From positions 2,976,001-3,040,000 of the forward strand of contig JBITNC010000002.1 in assembly GCA_050084985.1 (NCBI GenBank): a DNA stretch of 64,000 nt, read 5' to 3'. The DNA is from Nageia nagi (taxonomy: Eukaryota; Plantae; Pinophyta). Positions 50,352 to 60,789 of this stretch are shown here, piece by piece; within the stretch, counting starts at the first letter, position 1; every line of letters begins with the position of its first letter. The translations under genes and the position numbers were made by a program. Below the pieces are notes generated by a model that saw only the letters and a program-made list of their open reading frames with translations, did no database searches and was not told where the DNA came from.

Positions 50352-52694
50352 CTACCAGTTCTTCCTTATATCCAACGTGGGGTTACAGACTCCCCTTAGA
50401 CCCATTATAAGGTGCTGGGGTCCGTCCATGTCCAATGTGGGATGCCAAGATTCCTTTATTTCCAATATTGGGTGCCCAAGCCTCTCTAGGCCCAACGTGG
50501 GATGCCCAGACTCCTCTATTTCCATCCTTGGGTTCCCAAGCCTCTCTAGGCCCAACGTGGGATGTCCAAACTCCTCTATTTCCAACCTTGGGTGCCCAAG
50601 CCTCTCTAGGCCCAACGTGGACCCATCCTCTTTCCTCTCTTCCTCAGGGTGTTGCCAAACCATCTCCAATCTCTTGTTGGTGACTTGTGGGAATTCGTCC
50701 CAAATTCCTTGCAGAGTGTGGGTTTTACCATCAATGTCAAAGCTCATGGTGAGATTCCTATAATTGGTATGAATGTCACCCAATTCAAATAACCATTGCA
50801 CCTCCAAGATGATGTGAGGATGGTGAGAAGTTTTCTCTCATTGTGTAGCTTTGTAACCTCAACCCAAATCTCTCCATGATTTGGTATACTAATGTGAGTT
50901 TCCTATTGGCATTGAAAACTCTGAATCCTTTGAACCCCTTGGTCCTGAGACCCTTTTCTTCACAAAATCTTCATCAATGAAATTATGAGTGGCTCTAGGG
51001 TTTATTAAGATGATCACATCTTGCCCACCTGCTTGTCCAATCACCTTCAATGCGAGGTATTTTTTGACTCCATGGAGTGAAGGAATCATGCTCCCAAGAG
51101 ATGCCTCTACCGTAGGTGCCTAATTTTGGTCCAACATGTCCATGCCAAGCTCCAAATCTGAACCATCCTCCTCATTGTCTGAAAGTACTTCAATGTAATG
51201 CACATGTCCTTTGCCTTGGCAACGATGTCCTCGCTCCCATAGCTTCTTGCAGTAGAAGCATTTACCTTCTTCTCTCAACTTCTTTCTGGTGGTTGTGTCT
51301 AACTGGCCTGTTCGAGGAGGGGGGAAGGGTTTAAACTTGCTAGGCCCTTCTTTTTCTGTAGCTGGTTTTTGGGTAGCCTGCCCCTTGTATGTCTGCCCTC
51401 CCTTGAGGGAAATCATAGTTGGCTCCAAGTCATAAGTTGCCCTGATTGCATCATCAAGGGTTTTTGGCATCGATACCTTCACCATTCCTTGCAAAGGTTC
51501 CATCAACCCTTCTACAAAGAGGAAGGTCAATATATCCTTTGAAATGTTGTCGATCATGACTACAATTTTTTGAAATTTTGAAACATAGTCATCCACCATA
51601 CCTTGCTACCTCAAATATGTAAGCTCTCTGAAATAGACATTCTCCATCTTCCTGTCAAACCACTTCACTAATCTTCGAGCAAATTCATCAAAGGAAGAGA
51701 TGTGAGAGTAATCTTGACTAATTACCCCATGTTGCCACCATTTGAGAGCATCTCCCTCGAAATGCAAAGATGCAAAATGGATTCTATCTTCCTCCACTAT
51801 GTTTGAACTTAGGGTGAAATACGTTTGCAGCTGATGGAGCCAATTCCTAGCCGTCATCTTCTTGCCATTGTACATTAGAAACTGCATTTTGTTAATTTTC
51901 TATTGTAGCTGTCTCTTGTCACCCCACGAATTGCTTTGAGAGTGGGTGCCATGAGAGCTACCTCCCTTCAACCTCAATATCTTCAGATAGCTGTTGAAAT
52001 TCATATCCCTCCTCAATCCTGGATCCGATTTTTCACCTCATTGGCGGATTTTCTGACGAACATGGACATGGATGGTTTGGGAATAATGGGCTGCTCCCCT
52101 ATCTTCCTAATGTGCTCTTCCAGGAACCTCCTTAGGAGAGGGTTAATTCTCTATGGTGCTCTATGAGAATGGGATCTCATAAATGCATGCTCTGGATGAC
52201 GCATGGATTCGTGATGAGTGGACCCTCTATCCCTCAAGTTGTGCGATCTACTCAAACTGGGCTCCTCCATTCTATCCTCCTCCCTCGGTTCTTCTTTTTC
52301 ATCTGGAGTGGAATGTGGATGGCTCACATGTCTTCTTGGAGCTTCTTGGTTTCTGAGGAATTTATTGATGGCGGTCGTTTGATTCTGTATTATACTTAGT
52401 CATATTATGTATGGCCGTGATAAGTTTGTTGAACTTCCTCTTCAGCATGGCTTCTCTAATTGGAGTAGAACTTCTTCTTCTCCTTGTCGATGGGGCTCTT
52501 CCCCTCTTGGCCAAATTCTCTTTGCCAAAATCATCTCTATCTGGAACGTCATCCATCCAAGGTTTGTGATCCTCATTTTGAGTGGTTTTGTCTGGATTTT
52601 CTTTTGGTAGCATCCCCCTTCCACTCTTCCTGGCTGAAGACATCTCTCTTCGGGTGTTGGATCTGGTATAGTAGTTGTGCACGGTAGGTCTCAT
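50352..52694 (-). pseudogene. Gypsy gag and aspartic protease, decayed, running into a tandem repeat instead of RT
   Basis: Gag: ASLHFEGDALKWW, FVEGLMEPL, GKCFYCKKLWERGHRC. Protease: ILINPRATHNFI and VQWLFELGDI. No RT, RNase H or integrase motifs. Confidence 0.9.
50432..50620. repeat. 60-bp tandem repeat (3 units plus a partial; dimer of ~30-bp subunits)
   Basis: Units start at 50432, 50492, 50552 and 50612. They translate in frame with protease as HPTLGLERLGHPRLEIEE(F/S)G. Confidence 0.95.
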
Positions 52695-54091
52695 TCATAG
52701 GCTGGCCAAAACCAAGCTCTAATACCACTGCAATATCTCCAAAAATACTCAACGCAAAAATTAGTCATATTAAACACTTCAAATATCAAACTAGCCCTCA
52801 AACATGCCAACGTTTGATCTAGGGAATCAATTAGCAAGCCAGGAATGCCAACGAATCACTCCTAAATCACAAATGATACTAAATTGTGTAACATCATGCA
52901 CATGGGCTTATTCACAATGCCAAATACATCTAGATATGCCGACAAATCACATATGCAAGCATGAATACACAAAATAGCCCAATGTTGCAAGGATGGAAGC
53001 ATACAAATCAAATATAGAGACAAATATTGAGATCCAAGGTGCCCATGGCTGTATTAATGATGAGAAATGGCAAATGATACAATACCATGCCCAAAGGGCT
53101 CAACGTTGGCCTACAAGGAGCCAACTAGGGGACATGCAATGCTGAGATAGATACTGAAAATTGGGTAGAACAACCACCTCCTACCAACATTATGGATGCC
53201 TCACCGAAGGGCTCCCTCACACACTAGCTCCCGACGAAGAGATCGGGTGTGGTTCTGGAATGCCACCGGATGGATTCAGAGATGTAGATCGCTTGTGGAT
53301 GCCTTAGGGTAGGGCAGCCTCACTAGCACGAACAACACCCCTATTGTGGAAGACAAAAGGTGTCCTAAGGCTCCTACGCTCTCCTTGTGCTCCACGCCCA
53401 AGGGTGCTTGAGATCACCAAGTCTTTACTTTCTCCAAAGAGAAGGGTTTCAATATAATAATCAAGTCCATCTTAGCTATGAGGCTTCTTAGCCTTATATA
53501 GTGCGTACTAGATCTGGATCTCACCTAGGAGTCGTCCCCAACCTCCTTAATCTCAACGTTGGCCTTTTAGAGGCCTAAGAACTCCAACATGGGTGTCTAG
53601 GGGTCAGGCATGCCCAACGTTGGTACCTAGGGGTCATAAATGCTCAACGTAAGGTCCTAGGGTACCACGCATGCCATGCGGGGGTCCAAGATGCAACGTG
53701 GATCTAGGAGTCATGCGTGGGTGCAAGAGGGTCATCATGGGCCAACATGGGGGTCTAGGAGTCTCCCCAAGGTTGGCGCATGTGTACAAGTGCTCCCAAT
53801 TCCAACGTTGGGGCAAGTAGGTATTTTATCCATGTGCTAAGTGCTATACAAGCTTTGGGATTCCCACAATCATTTTTGGGATCTCCAAGTACATTAATAT
53901 ATTAAAGAACATATCCTAGCTTGGGAGGAAAATGTCCCTCTTGGGGATCACAGTGGGGTCCAATGGACATTTATTATTCCTATCCCAAGTACTAACAACA
54001 AATACATAAATGAGTAAATAAATATTTACAAAGAGTAAATCCCTAAGATTCCCAATTAATTATCTTTTACTAAAGAGGATGTTACACAATC

Positions 54092-54440
54092 TGATAGAGT
54101 TCGTCAAAGAAATCCTGAGTATCCATTGAAGGAAGCCAAATTCAAAAATAACCTTCCCAATATTCGAGATACTTATTGGTCTCACATAGATCCAAATAGG
54201 ATGTTGCAATCCATCTCTGGGTTGAGCAAATCTCAAATGTTAGATGAAATAATGCACACCTCCAGCTTTGTCAATGCCATAATGTTTCTATTTGTTGCTC
54301 CCTTCCCTGAATTATGTTGTGAAGTGGGAAGATACTCTAATTTCAAAGATAGAGTTCTTTATGATACCATGGGTGATGTAATTATGGATTTTTCTTCGGA
54401 AGGCATTGAAAATGCATTCAAATGAGATAGTGAAGGGCTC
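54092..54440 (+). pseudogene. N-terminal fragment of the uncharacterised retroelement accessory ORF (paralogue of 60790-64000)
   Basis: EAKFK..NIRDT and ELCCEVGRYSNFKDRVLYDTMGDVIMDFSSEGIENAF align by eye with EAKFK..VGDT and DLCNEVAKKCDFSKRVLWYTEGNVIMDFSPASIEAAF at 60860-61160. Confidence 0.75.
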
Positions 54441-54495
54441 CTTCCTCAATCTTGTGCTTCATCACAACACACATCAACTTACCTAATTAAACAAA

Positions 54496-54743
54496 TTTCT
54501 CTAGATTTTGGCATGTGTGCTGACACTAGTCATGGAGGGGCTGTTATATATTTGATAAGTAGAGCTTTAAAGGGAGTTCTTGCACCTGTACAACAATAGA
54601 AGGTGCTTTTGGATCTTGAAGCTGATCCAAAACTTGTTTATCATTGTTGGTTGTCTCCTTGTCATCTCCCAGAGTGGTTGAAAAACAATCAATTATTGTT
54701 GTTGAAGTTCTTCTAAAGTTGATGAATTATATTCAATTAGAAG
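54496..54743 (+). pseudogene. CNOT11: Fragment of CCR4-NOT subunit 11 (CNOT11)
   Basis: Reads DFGMCADTSHGGAVIYLISRALKGVLAPVQQ*KVLLDLEADPKLVYHCWLSPCHLPE, then after frameshifts IIVVEVLLKLMN. This matches the recalled plant CNOT11 block WDxGMCADTSRGAAVRDLIAKALKGPLAPAQQxQVLVELxxDPKLVYHCGLTPxxLPELVENNPLIAVEVLxKLxN. It has one stop and frameshifts. Confidence 0.8.
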
Positions 54744-55978
54744 ACCATCGAGAGTGGTAAGTAGTTTGGCACAACCCAACAATGTAACAAACTTGTGCCT
54801 TGTATGATAACGAATTGCTAGAAACGAATCTTTTACAATATTTGCAAACTTGTATGCATATGCAAAATATTATTGAAATTGTTGGAATGATTTCATTGTT
54901 CGAGTCAGTTTACGATTTATTAGTGAAACTCTATCATGTATCGTGTTCTTTAGAAGTTGAGTCTCGACTTGAGGTGTAGCTGGCCCCATCTAGGTTCTAG
55001 TTGTGTTTACCCTCCTAATGTACATAAATGATTTTATGAATCCCTAAGGGTAAAACATATAGATCCTTCTTTAAGACATTTGAATGAATGCCATCACTTA
55101 TGATTCATTTGAGCATTTGGTTGCCTCTTGTGAGGCAAGACATTTATCATTTCATTTATAGTGCATTGCGGAGCATCTATAGTTCCAGTTTTTTGCATTG
55201 TGTATGAAATAAGCAAAGTGATCTTGGTATTTGCGTTTAGGAAGCATTGTAGTTCTTACGTGACATTAGAGCTACCTTGATTTTTTGTAATGTTTAAACA
55301 GATATATCATTTAATAAATTCATCAAATTGAAGAGATTCTTACAACATTCAACAAAGAGTTTTGGTTTTACTTCCGTGAAGTGAATATGATAGTGAATCC
55401 ACAAAATACAAAGGGATATCTAGCCTTCAAATTTTGGTTGCTGAGTTGATGTTCTTCCAAGTATTATTTGTACAAAGATTGTTGCTGTAAGTCCCCATTT
55501 TTAGGTGTTTTCCCCATTTCACCTTTGAAAAATGGGAACATTAATTTAGGAGTGAATTTGTCTATTTTTGTAGGATTTGGCCAAAATGATGTAAATTCTA
55601 CTTAGAGACTTAGTAAAAGCTCTAATTATGGAATAAATGGCCTTTTTATTTATTTATTGCATTTAGTTACATACCTAAAATGCCAATAAAGATGTATTTG
55701 TAATACCAAGGCAATTATATTTGTAAATGCAATATTAGTCTCCCTAAAAAAGGTGTTGCATATTTTAAGCATTGATAGTTGTAATATTGGCATTTAATGT
55801 ATCTCTAGTCATGAGTGCTCCCCTCTTCGAGGTAGAGCATCCCCCAGGTGATTGCACTGACTACGAGGTCATTTGGAGTTGCAAGGTTGGATGTGGCACT
55901 TCAAACAAGGTTTTGACAATCTCGAGGCAAGTGGATGGCCCCGATGCATGGACATTGGACATGTGTGCATCCCAAGAC

Positions 55979-56170
55979 TGTAAAATCCCAAAATGTTCTC
56001 AATGTGGAAATTACCCAAGCAATTATCAAATAAATGTCGAACATGGGTCCAATGGACCATATATTTCTATCCCAAGTAACTAACAACAAATGGAAAAATA
56101 AATAAAATATTTACAAAGGGAGTCTCTAAGATTCCAAATTTATTTATTTTTAATCAAAGGGGATGTTACA
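55979..56170 (-). mobile_element. 192-bp internally deleted solo LTR (family B)
   Basis: TGTAAAATCCC...GGGATGTTACA with TSD AAGAC at 55974-55978 and 56171-56175. The right ~125 bp match the ends of LTRs 48643-49903 and 52729-54086. Confidence 0.9.
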
Positions 56171-56190
56171 AAGACCCCACATTGGTCCTT

Positions 56191-57231
56191 TGTAATGCCC
56201 CCAAACCCTACTCTCCAACAATGAGCAAATTTCCCTACAACTAGGGCTTCCAAAATACCCCCAAATGGCAACCCTAGCCCCACGTTAAGGTCTTTGGCAC
56301 TCAAACCTTCCTATTCAGCTGATGTCAACTATCTAAGGCTATACTCCCACTACCCACGTCTAGCCTAATTTGGCAGTATTACAAATAATGAGTATCAAAT
56401 ACATGCAACAATTATTCTATCTCAATGAACCACTGGAAAACCAATATAAATCCAAGTTCTCATTACACATAAACACAAGAACTTGAGGATCCAACATCAA
56501 TATGTCATTGTTTCATAAATAATATGATCAATTACAATCTTCGGCTCCCAGAGCCAGACATTGACCTCAAATGGAGCCAACCAATACAACAATGTATCAC
56601 TACAACTTGCGAACCACGGGATAAGACCCCACACCCTCAGAACTCCATATCCTCCCCACCGAAGGGGCCCACCTCGTAGACTAGAAATCCGACTGAATGG
56701 TAGATGTGTGCCCTTGGATGCCATCGGATGTGCCGAGTAACCTACTCAGCCTAGCCTATCAGGATCCCACCCTCTGATAGCCCTCTTGACAACTCGCCTA
56801 GGAATGGTGCTTAGCATCGCTAAGTATCGAGATCATCGGTCCGTACAAGTAAATGTCAAATGAGAGAAATAATAATAAGCTGTGTGAATGAGACCCTCAA
56901 TGTTCTTTTATAACCTCCTCTAGCTTAAGCTCCTCGAAATCACTATAATCAACCTTATAATCCAACGTTGGGGGTGTGGGACCCTCCAAGTTGGACGTTA
57001 GCTCCCAGGAGTCCATCCAAGTCATTTCAGTTGCTAGCATTGGGATTCCCACATTTTGGTATCTTCGTACGATAAAATATACCTAGGAGGGATTGTCCCA
57101 CTCATAGTGGGGCCCACATGGCCTATATTTCCTATTATGAGTTTACAATAATAATCATGAAAGCACACCTACTCTATTATATTACATATGACCCAATGGG
57201 TCCTGATGCACCTTAGAATGGGTGCATTACA
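56191..57231 (-). mobile_element. Solo LTR (1041 bp)
   Basis: TGTAATGC...GCATTACA terminal inverted repeat with TSD TCCTT/TCCTC. The host LTR resumes in register at 57232. Orientation is inferred from distant similarity to family B LTRs. Confidence 0.88.
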
Positions 57232-59086
57232 TCCTCCTAGGCACTTAGACCCATAGCACTGATCCCAAGGCTCTCTGGTATTGCCCTCTCTTGGCTGATG
57301 GCATTCTTAGACCTTAGATGTGTTTTCATTCATCCTAAGGCTTCCTGTCTTGGACGTTGCACACAAGAGTAAACGGATCACATCTCTCCACCGTTGGATC
57401 ATCTCAATGCAAGATTAGATGAGAGACTACATCGCCTATAAAAGGAGGACACTTGGTTATTCCAAAACATGTTGATTATTATTATTAAACCCTCTTTTTG
57501 GGATTAAGTGTGAGAACTCTATCTTCACCACTTGTAGAGCAACCTGCATTTGAGTTATTGAGGTGAGAGGAACACCACTACTCCAGCCATCTTGATAGGA
57601 ACACTGTTGGTTCCATCACAAAAGTTGCAAAGGAAGTCCTGGACTATGCCTCACTACTGCTGCGATTGGTGAGGCTCTGGAGCCATACAACATAACCCTA
57701 TTAGAGGTAGTCTTGGTACAAGCTCCTTAGGTAGACAAAATATTGTAATTGCTCTTCCGCCATTGTTATATCAATACAATTAAATCTTTGCTAACATTTT
57801 GTCTAACTATCTTCTTATGCTTGGACGTTGGATCTAGAGTGGTTGTTGCATTGCTTGAATTACTATTTTGCTCCCTAATTGCAACATTGGAATACTGGAG
57901 AGATTTGCTTGTGTTGTTTTTTGACTTTCTCAATATAGCTAGAAGTGGGTTCTTGGAGATATTTTTGCATGTTTGAAGTTGTTTAATTACCAATTTAGCT
58001 AGATGTTGGAATATTTGTCCATTTTTAGGTTATTTGGCCAACTTTGGAACTTCATGCCAAACATTCCTCTCGTAGGGCACGTTTGAGGAGTGAGCCCTAG
58101 TTCATCATCATTGTTGCAAAGTTTGCAGAAAAGAGAATCTCAAAGGTCATATTTTGTGATAGATGACTTCCATTGAAGAGATTTTTGAACAATTTCCAAC
58201 TTTGAAATGAGCAGTCAAATGTTGAAAATTGAGTTACTGGAAGAGATATGGGGTTCAAATGATAGCTTTATGGAACTGCACAATGTTGTTTTTTAAAGTT
58301 GCAGCTTTAGTTGGCAATTAGAAAACACCACTTAACTGTTGCATAAATAAATGTTTTGAGACCCCTTTTATATTGCACAAATTTTAGAGATAAAGATTAC
58401 ATCAATCAAGTTGTGCAATACCCCTTTAGATTTTAGCAGTAAAAGCTTAGCAATATATTGGGGAAGATTTATAAATTGTTTAGAAAGTGCACCTTTAGAT
58501 GCAAGAGAATGTTGCAAGTTGGCAACTTTTACAGAAAGAACATATATAGTTATTGGCATATAGCCATCATTGTGTTTAGAATACAAACATATTGACTTAT
58601 AGTTAGCATATGAATGATGTCTTTTAACATCCTTTAAAACTAAAGGTCTGGAGGACCTACCAAAATTTGTCCAAAGATAAATATATATCATATATATATG
58701 ATTGTGTCTAACAAAATTAAGACTCATAATAAATTCGTCAAGTTTGTTTTGGTTATCATAATTTAAGATTTCATGGATCAGGTTGTAATTACACGTCATT
58801 ATAGGTTTGTCTAATGTCTTTGTGAAAAGAGTGGACAAGGAGAAAATGAGTCTCATCTTCTATTGCATTTAGGTTACAAAACTTACAAGTTCTTTTATCC
58901 CATGTGTTGTGCCTACACAACACCACCCCAAAATTTTTTGCATTTCAAGGACCCTTAGGAAACATAAAGGAAGAAAAGATTGCATGAAATCTATCTAAAA
59001 AGATGCATACCTTTTGGAGGATGTTGGAAACATATCTAGTTTGCATTTTTGCAGCAATAGTGTCATTTCACAAGTACTTTTCTCCT

Positions 59087-60665
59087 ATCACATGTTTTCC
59101 ATAGAGTGCTTTTGCACCTCCTTTCAACCATGCGACCATGCAGCCTTGTCTTTGTTGTTTACATCATTCAGCTTGAAGGGCTTCTGAGGGCCTCCATTTT
59201 TGCATTTCACCCATCTTGCATCTTGTTTGTCTTCATGTTGTCGAAAAATGCAAGAAAAGGGCATGTTTTTAGTCTGTCGCATGTTTTTGAGGGAGTCCTT
59301 TTGCACCCTTTGGAGAAGGTGCAACCAAGCTGGGTTTCATCTCATACTTAGCATTTGTTTGGTCCCCCTCTGATGTCGCATGCATTCAGTTGAGTCCTTT
59401 TGCACTCCTCTTAAAGGATGCAACTAGTGTTTTAGACTTAGCATCATTTTTGAAGATGTCGCATGCATAGGAGTGAGTCCTTTTGCACTCCTTAGGAACC
59501 ATGCAACCAGGAATTTCACACTTAGCATATTTTTGAAGCCTCAAAGTCTGTCGCATGCATTTCATCAAGTCCTTTTGCACTCCTCTCAAAGGGTGCGACC
59601 AGCTTGGAGAACACTTAGCCAAATTTTGGAGCCTCAAGGCTTGTCGCAAGGATGGAGATGATTCCATTTGCACTCATCCAAAACCATGCGACCAGGGAAA
59701 ACAGAAGGAAATAAGCTAAGTGTTGGACATTAGTGACAAGTGGAAGCCCATGCACTGGACCTCATCTTGCAATATCTCATCCTGCACCTATCCCATGGTG
59801 CCATGTCCCACCTTGAAGGCTATAAAAGGGAAGTCACCCCCCTTCATTTTAGTTTGCAAAATTGGGGAGGGCCAGAGCGTGGGGAGATAGGAGAAAAAAA
59901 AAGCACCCCTTCTTGGACGTACGACCAAGGACATCCTACACCTTTTTCGAAGTTTTGTTCAAAGATTTAGACCTTGGGAAGCATGCCAAGAGCTGAGCGC
60001 AAGGATTCAAGCATGTGCTTTGAGCACCCTTCCAGAAGGATGCGACAAGGGAGATAAGAGATCAAGTATGTTGGAAAATTGGCTAAGTCCCCTGGTCGCA
60101 CTTTCTATTCACACCATTCCTATCTAGTCCTTTTGCACCTCCCACCATGCATGCAACCTTGTTTGTAAACTATCTATTGGACCTTTTTAGCAAGCTGGTA
60201 AGAGACTAACACCTGGCCCATGAGCAAACTTATAAATATCACTCTCTCCTTGAGCGTTTCATACCTCATTTTCACCCCTCTTCTTGGTTGTCATTTTCCA
60301 TACATGCTTAAGCATCCATCCCAAAACGTGTAGCCAAGGAAGGAACATCAGAAGACATTGCACTCATTTCAAGGCATGGTCACATCATTTTTCATGCATG
60401 ATCAAGCACTCACTTCGGAACGTGCGACCAAGACAGAAGGGAGATTCAGGGATGTTGTACATCCAATTAGCCTCTTTTGGCTAAGCCATTTCAAATTCAC
60501 CCTTGAACCTAGTCGCATCATTTTTTATGCATGCTTGAGGCACTCATTCAAAAACATGCAACCAACTTTCGAGTGAAGAGTGTTGTTCAAAAAATTGACT
60601 GTCCCTAGGCCCAGTCGCACGCTTTCCCGGTTGTGCTTCTGTACTCATTCATAATTGTGCGCCTG
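59087..60665. repeat. Interspaced array of ~12 symmetric 50-bp modules GTCGCA-N13-GT(G/C)CTTTTGCAC-N13-TGC(G/A)AC
   Basis: Module starts at 59087, 59276, 59375, 59458, 59550, 59643, 59996, 60379, 60512 and 60614, plus more degenerate ones near 59175, 60095 and 60285. Confidence 0.88.
59821..59830 (+). promoter_or_regulatory. Putative TATA box for the downstream accessory ORF
   Basis: ctataaaaggg followed by a pyrimidine-rich stretch, in the gap at the centre of the module array, ~1 kb upstream of the ORF. Confidence 0.5.
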
Positions 60666-60789
60666 GACTAGTTAGACATCTGGACTTGAGGAAAGAGTTG
60701 GGTAGTGTCCTCCATGGCTTCAAGCACCAAAAGTACCTTCTTTGAAGGCCAGGAAGACCCATAGCTAGTTGTTCGAGAGGCATGTGACT

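Larger units (their letters stand above)
48643..54086 (-). mobile_element. Non-autonomous Gypsy element encoding only gag and protease (TR-GAG-like), family B
   Basis: LTRs at 48643-49903 and 52729-54086. TSD CAGTC/CAATC (one mismatch). PBS gctctaatacca at 52716-52727 and PPT at 49904-49917. The internal region is only ~2.8 kb. Confidence 0.93.
55486..58110 (+). mobile_element. Solo LTR of family A carrying two nested insertions
   Basis: TGTAAGTCCCC...TTCATCATCA. It is colinear with the reverse complement of LTR 11310-12811 once the two inserts are removed (~1.38 kb). It is flanked by the direct repeat TTGTTGC. Confidence 0.88.

Noticed and set aside
55772-56083. ORF resembling a secreted Cys-rich peptide (hydrophobic N-terminus, several Cys)
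   Set aside because: It lies wholly in LTR sequence, crosses the junction of the nested 192-bp insertion and starts at TTG. It is a chance ORF.
59087-60665. CRISPR-like repeat-spacer array
   Set aside because: The context is eukaryotic TE DNA, there are no cas genes, and the repeats are internally variable rather than identical. Reported as a motif array instead.
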